Assembly (NCBI GenBank): GCA_029856105.1
Contig: JAHQWH010000015.1
Span: forward strand, 1 to 64,000
Source: Promethearchaeia archaeon
Lineage (GTDB): Archaea > Asgardarchaeota > Lokiarchaeia > Sigyniarchaeales > SOKP01
DNA: 64,000 nucleotides
Reading direction: 5' to 3'
Shown: positions 57,805 through 64,000 of the stretch, piece by piece
How positions within the stretch are numbered: the first letter of the stretch is position 1
Layout of the letters: every line of letters starts with the position of its first letter
Notes under the pieces: generated by a model
The model's input: only the letters and a program-made list of their open reading frames with translations
The model's database searches: none
What the model was told of the DNA's origin: nothing
Translations under genes and position numbers: made by a program

Positions 57805-60669
57805 ATGATTTCCGACGATAACAAGCGCGAAAATGTTAAGACTCAATTTCAAATAATTATGGAAATTGTTAACGATTTGGTGATGATTATTGATCAAACG
57901 GAAGATTTCAAAATTGAGTTAATTAACGATTGCCCGTTATTGGAAAATTTAGGATACGCTGAAAGTGATTTGGTCGGGAATTCGTTTCTAAATATACTAT
58001 TTTCGGAAGATAAAAAAAAAGCAATAAGATTTTTAAAAAAGGGGATCGATACTTTTGATAATTTTCAAGAAGTAAAGTTATTTTCAGCGAAAGATGAAAT
58101 AATTTGGGTGGAAATAAAAGCAAGAAAATTTACGGACGAGGATAAAAACGAGAAAATATTAATTATTGTGAAAGATATCTCAAAACAAAAAAGAATCGAA
58201 GGAAATTTAAGAGAAACTGAAGATAGATTTAAAAAAATAACAGATACTATCCCAGAAATACGCTTTTGGAAATTATTTAATCCTAAAAAATATGAGGAGG
58301 CTTTGCAGAGCAGTTATGAAATGCTACAGATGGTAATAGAAAATATCCCACAATATATTATATGGAAGGATATTGATCAGAGTTATCTCGGATGTAACGA
58401 TAATTACGCAAAATTAATTGAGATTGAACACCCTGAAAATATTATAGGAAAAACTGACGAAGAATTGCTTTTAGATAAGAACCAAATACAATTTAACAAA
58501 GAACAAGAAAGGAAAGTTATCGAATCTAATAAAGTTGTTTTTCATACTAATGAATCATGGATCCTCAGAAACGGAGAAAAGATTTGGATTGATGTAAATA
58601 GAATTCCTTTGTTAAACTCTGATGGAAATGTTGCAGGACTTTTAATTACTTTTGAAGATATTACCGAACGGAAGAACGCTGAGGAGAATTTGCGTAAACA
58701 ACATGAGAGATTAGAACGAATTATGGAAACCAATCCCGCAGGAATCTTATCTGTTGATACTATCGGTCATATTATATATGTCAATTCTCAAGCTGAAAAA
58801 GTCTTACATTATCCTAAAGAAGAATTGTTAAAAAAAACATTTTTAACCACTAAATTTAAATTTTTAAACTCAGAAGGCAAACTTATTCCTAAGAATGAGC
58901 TACCTTTTCAGATTATTACGAAAACGAAAAAACCACTATTTGATTATCATGCGACTTTTAAGTCATTTACGAATGAAAATATTCTACTTTCTATCAATGG
59001 TACGCCTTTATTAAAGAATAACGGAGAAATCGAGAATATAATTTTTACAGTAGAGGATATTACTGAAAAAGAATTAGCTGAAAAAAAAATTAAAGATTCA
59101 GAAGAAAAATATAAGGACTTATTAGAGACATCAACAATTGGTATTTTAGAAATAGAGTTGGAAAATAATAGCGTTTCTTACATTAATCCAAAATTATTAG
59201 AATTTATTGGGTATCAAGATGTTGACTATGTCAACAAAAAATTGATGGATGAAATAATTCATCCAGACGATCTGCTAAAGTTGTTAAATTCAGAAGAAGG
59301 AAAGGATATCGAATTTAGAATTGTGACTAATAAAGGAAAAATAAAATGGTTACAAGGAAAAAGATTAAATCAATACGACGATAGAGATAATCTAATTAGT
59401 TTTAGATTATGGTTAGAAGACGTCACTGAAAAAAAAATGTACGAAGAATTGATTTATGAGTTAAATATTAATTTTTTAAACTACACAACGGACATTCAAC
59501 AAAATATCGAATTATTGTTAAAAACTTGCTTAAAATTACTTAATGGTGACATTGTACTATACATCACTAAAAGCGATCATGAAGAAGAAGAGCAATATCG
59601 GGTAATGAGTAGTAAAGGGGACATCACAATGTATCCTTCGGGAGCGTTTACGAAAGATTTGTTTGTAAGCGAATTATTTATAGAAAATCACGACTTTACT
59701 CAGGAATTCTTTGACATTCATAAAACGAAGTATGCCAAGTCTGATCGTTATATAATTGAAAACGGTATCGAAGCTTGTTATGGTAAATTAATCCTATCTG
59801 GAAACGACTTAAATAGTTTACTCTGCGTTTTGTTTAAACAAAATCCAACTATTACCAACCAAAATAAATTGGTGCTATTTTTAATATGCGATGCTCTCGA
59901 AATAGAGCAAAGAAGGTGGGAATCTCAACAACATTTGGAAGAACAAAACCGAATGTTAAGCGAAATAAATAAATTAAAAAGCGATTTGTTTTCAAGAACT
60001 TCGCACGAATTAAAAACGCCATTAATTTCTATTAAAGGATTCACCGAGTTATTGTTAAAACTACACTCAAATAAGTTGGACAGCGATGTTATTTCGATTT
60101 TAGAGGAGATTAAGAGCGGTAGTAAGCGCCTTGAAGATTACATTAACTCACTTGTCGAAAGCTCTCAATTAGATCAAGGGTTGTTGAAAATAAAAAAAAA
60201 GAGAGAGAATCTTACATTTTTAATTAAATATTGCATTAAGCAATTATCTGGTACGGCCAAATTAAGAGAACAGAAGGTTAAACTAAATATTAAGAATAAT
60301 ATATATGCAAATTTTGATAAAGAGAAAATTTACGAAGTTATCACCAATTTGTTGATTAATGCAATAAAGTATACTCCTATTGGGGGTACAATTACAATTG
60401 ATTCTCATCAAAAAAACCATTATTATATAATTTCGATAAATGACACCGGCATTGGACTAACTAAAAAAGAAATAGCGCAACTTTTTACGCAGTTTGGTAA
60501 AATTGAAAGATACGGCCAGGGATGGGACGTAGGCATCGAAGGGACAGGATTAGGATTGTACATTTCGAAAGAATTAATTGACCTTCACGACGGGAATATA
60601 TGGGTCGAATCAGAAGGCCGGAACAAAGGAAGTACTTTTTTCTTTTCTATACCAATAGAAAAAAAATAA
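57805..60669 (+). CDS. Cytoplasmic multi-PAS histidine kinase
   Basis: About four PAS/PAC units (DITERK-type ends), a GAF-like segment, SHELKTP, NAIKYT and GTGLGL. Confidence 0.92.
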   Translation: MISDDNKRENVKTQFQIIMEIVNDLVMIIDQTEDFKIELINDCPLLENLGYAESDLVGNSFLNILFSEDKKKAIRFLKKGIDTFDNFQEVKLFSAKDEIIWVEIKARKFTDEDKNEKILIIVKDISKQKRIEGNLRETEDRFKKITDTIPEIRFWKLFNPKKYEEALQSSYEMLQMVIENIPQYIIWKDIDQSYLGCNDNYAKLIEIEHPENIIGKTDEELLLDKNQIQFNKEQERKVIESNKVVFHTNESWILRNGEKIWIDVNRIPLLNSDGNVAGLLITFEDITERKNAEENLRKQHERLERIMETNPAGILSVDTIGHIIYVNSQAEKVLHYPKEELLKKTFLTTKFKFLNSEGKLIPKNELPFQIITKTKKPLFDYHATFKSFTNENILLSINGTPLLKNNGEIENIIFTVEDITEKELAEKKIKDSEEKYKDLLETSTIGILEIELENNSVSYINPKLLEFIGYQDVDYVNKKLMDEIIHPDDLLKLLNSEEGKDIEFRIVTNKGKIKWLQGKRLNQYDDRDNLISFRLWLEDVTEKKMYEELIYELNINFLNYTTDIQQNIELLLKTCLKLLNGDIVLYITKSDHEEEEQYRVMSSKGDITMYPSGAFTKDLFVSELFIENHDFTQEFFDIHKTKYAKSDRYIIENGIEACYGKLILSGNDLNSLLCVLFKQNPTITNQNKLVLFLICDALEIEQRRWESQQHLEEQNRMLSEINKLKSDLFSRTSHELKTPLISIKGFTELLLKLHSNKLDSDVISILEEIKSGSKRLEDYINSLVESSQLDQGLLKIKKKRENLTFLIKYCIKQLSGTAKLREQKVKLNIKNNIYANFDKEKIYEVITNLLINAIKYTPIGGTITIDSHQKNHYYIISINDTGIGLTKKEIAQLFTQFGKIERYGQGWDVGIEGTGLGLYISKELIDLHDGNIWVESEGRNKGSTFFFSIPIEKK

Positions 60670-60774
60670 TTTTTGAAAAATTTTGGACTCCATATTTTTT
60701 ATTAACAGCCCCTTTCATACTTTATTAAATATAGTTGAGAAAAACATAATATTGTTTTTATCAAAAAACTATAG

Positions 60775-60999
60775 GTGATACTCGTGAGTAACAATGGTGA
60801 AGAAAAGGGATATGAAAAATTAGATGTAGTAAAAAGATATTTCCAAAAGATATTCACTGTAATGTCTAAAGATGTTAGAGAACAACTGATGGATTTAAAC
60901 CTATCAAAAGACGAATTAAAAGAAGTAAAAAAAGAACTAGTTTTTTTACCTGATGAAAAACAAAAAGAATACTTGAACGAACTATCTAAGAAAAAATAA
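60775..60999 (+). CDS. Small helical hypothetical protein
   Basis: 74-aa charged ORF in the same orientation as its neighbours. Confidence 0.6.
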   Translation: MILVSNNGEEKGYEKLDVVKRYFQKIFTVMSKDVREQLMDLNLSKDELKEVKKELVFLPDEKQKEYLNELSKKK

Positions 61000-61011
61000 A
61001 GCTGAGATAAA

Positions 61012-61491
61012 TTGATAAAAGACAAAAAAAATGCTTTGTATTGGTCCGAATTAGGAATGAAATATTTTAAAACAGGAGATTACCTAAAGGCAATAGAGTG
61101 CTTTGAAAGAGCAGTCAAAATTAACCCGTTAAGTAGCGTTTCCTGGAGTAACATGGGAGTTGCCTATGAAAAGTTAGAAAATTTCGACAAAGAACGAGAA
61201 TGCTGCAAAAAAGCAGTGAGTATCGATCCTTTGGATAATTGGGCGTGGTACAATTTAGGAGTAGCGTATGAAAAATTAGGTAAATCTCAAGATTCGATTT
61301 TGAGCTATAAAAAAGCCATTAAAATAGACCCGCAGGATAGTGCGACTTGGTTTAATTTAGGGCGATTATTCAAGTCGTTAGGTACTTTCAAGAAAGCAAT
61401 GCAATGTTTTGCTGAAGTCCTTAAAATTGACCCAGTAAATATTGAAGCTGAAAAACTATTAGGTGGTTTAAAAGAAAATAAAATTCAGTAA
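61012..61491 (+). CDS. Tetratricopeptide repeat protein
   Basis: Four TPR units (W.NLG..Y..LG...A......A..IDP). Confidence 0.92.
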   Translation: MIKDKKNALYWSELGMKYFKTGDYLKAIECFERAVKINPLSSVSWSNMGVAYEKLENFDKERECCKKAVSIDPLDNWAWYNLGVAYEKLGKSQDSILSYKKAIKIDPQDSATWFNLGRLFKSLGTFKKAMQCFAEVLKIDPVNIEAEKLLGGLKENKIQ

Positions 61492-61494
61492 AAA

Positions 61495-61773
61495 TCATAA
61501 GAACGCGAAGTTCGTTTCCTTTTTTAGCCTTCTTTTAAGTTGTTTTATAGTTTTATCTTTTTCTTCGATAATTTTTTGATTTATTTGTTTTATTAAATTT
61601 ATCTCTTCTCTAAGAATTTTAATAATCTTTTCTTTTTCTTCTTCGGACTTATCCATATTATTTATGATCTTACTTACTTCAATAATTTTATTAATCTTTT
61701 TAGAACCATCACTTATTCCGTTCGCGTTTGGTTTCTTAAGATCGTTGTTACCTAAAATTGGTTCTTCTTTCAA
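61495..61773 (-). CDS. Small coiled-coil hypothetical protein
   Basis: K/E/I-rich 92-aa ORF. Confidence 0.5.
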   Translation of the reverse strand: MKEEPILGNNDLKKPNANGISDGSKKINKIIEVSKIINNMDKSEEEKEKIIKILREEINLIKQINQKIIEEKDKTIKQLKRRLKKETNFAFL

Positions 61774-62173
61774 AATTTGATCTCTATCTAAAAAATAATT
61801 TATTCGCTCTAAATTTTATATAACAAGTTTTATTTTTAAATGTTTTTACGATTATGTCGAAAGCATTTACTAGGTTTTCGCTGAAAAAATTCTATGTTTT
61901 TTTAAAAAGTTAAACAAAAAAAGGCAGATTTTATCGAAATAACATAATTTTCTTATGAATTATTCCACTTAAAAAACATTTAGATATTGCAATTAATTAA
62001 TACTCTTATTTTAATTACTAAATTCAATAACAAATTTTTTATTAAAAAGTTCTTTTCACTTCTTAATATTATAAATTAAAATTGTTTGATCAAACAATCA
62101 AAAAAGTAAAGTCTGTACTTTTTTACGCAATTATTTATCAATTTTAAAACTATAAAAGAGACTTGTATTTATT

Positions 62174-62788
62174 ATGAGCGAAAATATAGAAAAATATATC
62201 AAGCGCAAGGTATATAACGGCACGAGCTCTAAAATTGCTCAAAAATTCGTTGACGCTGGTTTAGAAAAGTTAAGATCTTGTATTAACTGTGGAACTTGCA
62301 CAGCCTCATGCCCGTCTGGAAGACGAACAGCGTTCCGAACACGTTCTGCTCTCAGACGTGCGTTAGCAGGGGATGAATCGGTTTTGAGTGATATTGACAT
62401 CTGGCTTTGCAGTACTTGTTATTACTGCTATGAGCGATGCCCACGAGACATACCTGTAACTGATATGATTATAAAACTTAGAAACATAGCTGTTGAAGAA
62501 GGCTATATCTTAGATAATCACTTTACTTTAGCCAAAGATATTTTTTATAAAACAGGTCATGGGGTACCAGCCAATGGTGAAAACAACAAAAAATGGAGAG
62601 ATTTACGAGAATCATATGGTTTACCAGCACTACCTCCAACGGTTCATTCCTATCCGGAAGCCGTGAAAGAATGCCAATTTTTAATGGACGAAGTTGGTTT
62701 CAAAGCTTTACTGGATAATGCGAAAAAATTAAAGGATGAAAGAATGTTAGCAGAAGAAAAAAAAGAAAACGAAAAGGATGGTAAATAA
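62174..62788 (+). CDS. hdrC: Heterodisulfide reductase subunit C
   Basis: CINCGTCTASCP and WLCSTCYYCYERCP motifs. Confidence 0.95.
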   Translation: MSENIEKYIKRKVYNGTSSKIAQKFVDAGLEKLRSCINCGTCTASCPSGRRTAFRTRSALRRALAGDESVLSDIDIWLCSTCYYCYERCPRDIPVTDMIIKLRNIAVEEGYILDNHFTLAKDIFYKTGHGVPANGENNKKWRDLRESYGLPALPPTVHSYPEAVKECQFLMDEVGFKALLDNAKKLKDERMLAEEKKENEKDGK

Positions 62789-63740
62789 AGTGAGCGAACA
62801 AAAAGATTGGAGATACGCTTTTTTTTTAGGGTGCGTTATTCCAAATAGGTATCCAATGATAGAACGTAGCATACGCGATGTTTTCGAAGAGCTAGGAGCA
62901 GAACTATTGGACATGCCTGGCGCGTCGTGTTGTCCCGCCCCGGGAGTATTTAGGGGGTTTCATATTCCTACTTGGTTCGTTATTGCTGCTCGTAATATAG
63001 CAATAGCAGAAGATTTGGGCGTAAGTCTAATAACAGGGTGTAATGGGTGTTACGGTACGCTACGCGACGCTTGGTGGGACTTAGAACATAACAGTGAAGA
63101 AAAAAAACATGTAAACAAACTCCTTGCTAAAGTAGGTAAAAAGTATACTGGTAATTTTGAGCCAAAACACGTCATGCAAGCCTTATACTTAGATATGGGG
63201 AAAGAATACGTTAGAGGTTTTATTAAGCACAAATTTAAGGATTTAAAGGTTGCAGTGCATTACGGATGTCACATCGTTAAACCTAGCGATAAACGTCCTT
63301 GGGATGGAGAATACGAGAATCCAACTTTCCTTGACGAGATAGTTGAACTTACTGGGGCAACAAGTATCGATTATAAGGAAAAGTTTATGTGTTGTGGTGC
63401 TGGTGGAGCCGTCAGAACAGCCGTGAAAGAAGTCGCGGCCGATTTTACGCGTGAAAAATTAGTTAATATGCGAGAAGCTGGCGCAGATATCATAATAAAC
63501 TGCTGTCCCTTCTGTCACCTTCAATTAGACCTCGGACAGGTCGAAGTAAATAACTTTTATAAAGATATAATTGGAGAACCGTTCCATATTCCTGTAATTT
63601 ATATTACGCAGTTGTTAGGTGTCGCCATGGGAATGGATCCTAGCAGACTTGGACTCGTAAAGAACCACAATTTAAAAGGCGTGAGCCCATTTATTCCCAT
63701 ACAACCCTTTTTAGATATTGTAAAGGAGCAATTAATTTAG
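62778..63740 (+). CDS. hdrB: Heterodisulfide reductase subunit B
   Basis: SCCPAPG, CNGC, HYGCH, CCGAGG and CPFCHLQ motifs. Confidence 0.96.
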   Translation: MVNKVSEQKDWRYAFFLGCVIPNRYPMIERSIRDVFEELGAELLDMPGASCCPAPGVFRGFHIPTWFVIAARNIAIAEDLGVSLITGCNGCYGTLRDAWWDLEHNSEEKKHVNKLLAKVGKKYTGNFEPKHVMQALYLDMGKEYVRGFIKHKFKDLKVAVHYGCHIVKPSDKRPWDGEYENPTFLDEIVELTGATSIDYKEKFMCCGAGGAVRTAVKEVAADFTREKLVNMREAGADIIINCCPFCHLQLDLGQVEVNNFYKDIIGEPFHIPVIYITQLLGVAMGMDPSRLGLVKNHNLKGVSPFIPIQPFLDIVKEQLI

Positions 63741-63752
63741 GAGGAATGAAAA

Positions 63753-64000
63753 ATGACGGAAAGTGAAAAGAAAATAAAAGTTACAAGAAAAACGAGACCT
63801 AAAATTGGAGTTTATGTGTGCCATTGCGGTATTAATATTGCTGGCGTGGTTGACGTATACGCACTTAAGGACTACGCATTAACCCTTCCCGATGTGGTGT
63901 TAGCGCGCGAATATAAATTTATGTGTTCAGATAACGGTCAAAATCTTATTAAAGAGGATATTGAAGCGGGTTTAATCAATCGCGTAGTTGTTGCGGCATG
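63753..64000 (+). CDS. hdrA: Heterodisulfide reductase subunit A, N-terminus (runs off window)
   Basis: Manual translation [31 protein letters not shown]...FMCS...RVVVAA; follows hdrCB. Confidence 0.92.
   Translation, partial: MTESEKKIKVTRKTRPKIGVYVCHCGINIAGVVDVYALKDYALTLPDVVLAREYKFMCSDNGQNLIKEDIEAGLINRVVVAA

Noticed and set aside
1852-63232. Numerous short ORFs overlapping long genes (e.g. 22778..23182, 47289..47642, 54298..54711, 42405..42608)
   Set aside because: Antisense or out-of-frame shadows of well-supported genes, with no motifs of their own.
1-64000. Transposases, integrases, prophage or rRNA genes
   Set aside because: No ORF with such motifs and no long GC-rich rRNA-like segment was seen.

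Overview
AT-rich (visually ~30% GC) archaeal chromosome segment, most consistent with a Lokiarchaeia/Asgard archaeon. Supporting signs are a Roadblock/LC7 protein, a Rag/Arf-like small GTPase, a longin-like domain, a UBC+MPN fusion, an intron-containing tRNA and a UGA-containing vhuU. The left and middle parts carry anaerobic energy metabolism: ADP-forming acetate-CoA ligase, a split group 3c [NiFe(Se)] hydrogenase (vhuG-vhuA-vhuU-hdrC-hdrB), a formate cassette (FNT channel, hdrC-hdrB-fdhA), a TusA-YeeE-DsrEFH sulfur-relay operon, hypCDEF, cooC-like, mobA, fwdA, AOR and a third hdrCBA set. The right part carries cysteine genes (cysS, an unusual tRNA-Cys, cysK, cysE). These flank a four-gene operon: ArsR regulator, Rag-like GTPase, MASE3/PAS histidine kinase, and a response regulator whose output domain looks like a FLCN/SMCR8/C9orf72-type longin domain with the GAP arginine finger in register. 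That operon is the best candidate for an undescribed system: two-component control of a eukaryote-type GTPase switch. Features missed by the ORF track include the selenoprotein vhuU with a SECIS-like RNA overlapping its stop codon, a tRNA-Cys with a 15/16 intron and a long variable arm, two genes that appear to start at ATT, a duplicated ~180-bp noncoding block bracketing the formate cassette, a structured GC-rich intergenic element, and a gene remnant marking a tandem-duplication breakpoint. All family assignments come from motif recognition by eye; no searches were run.
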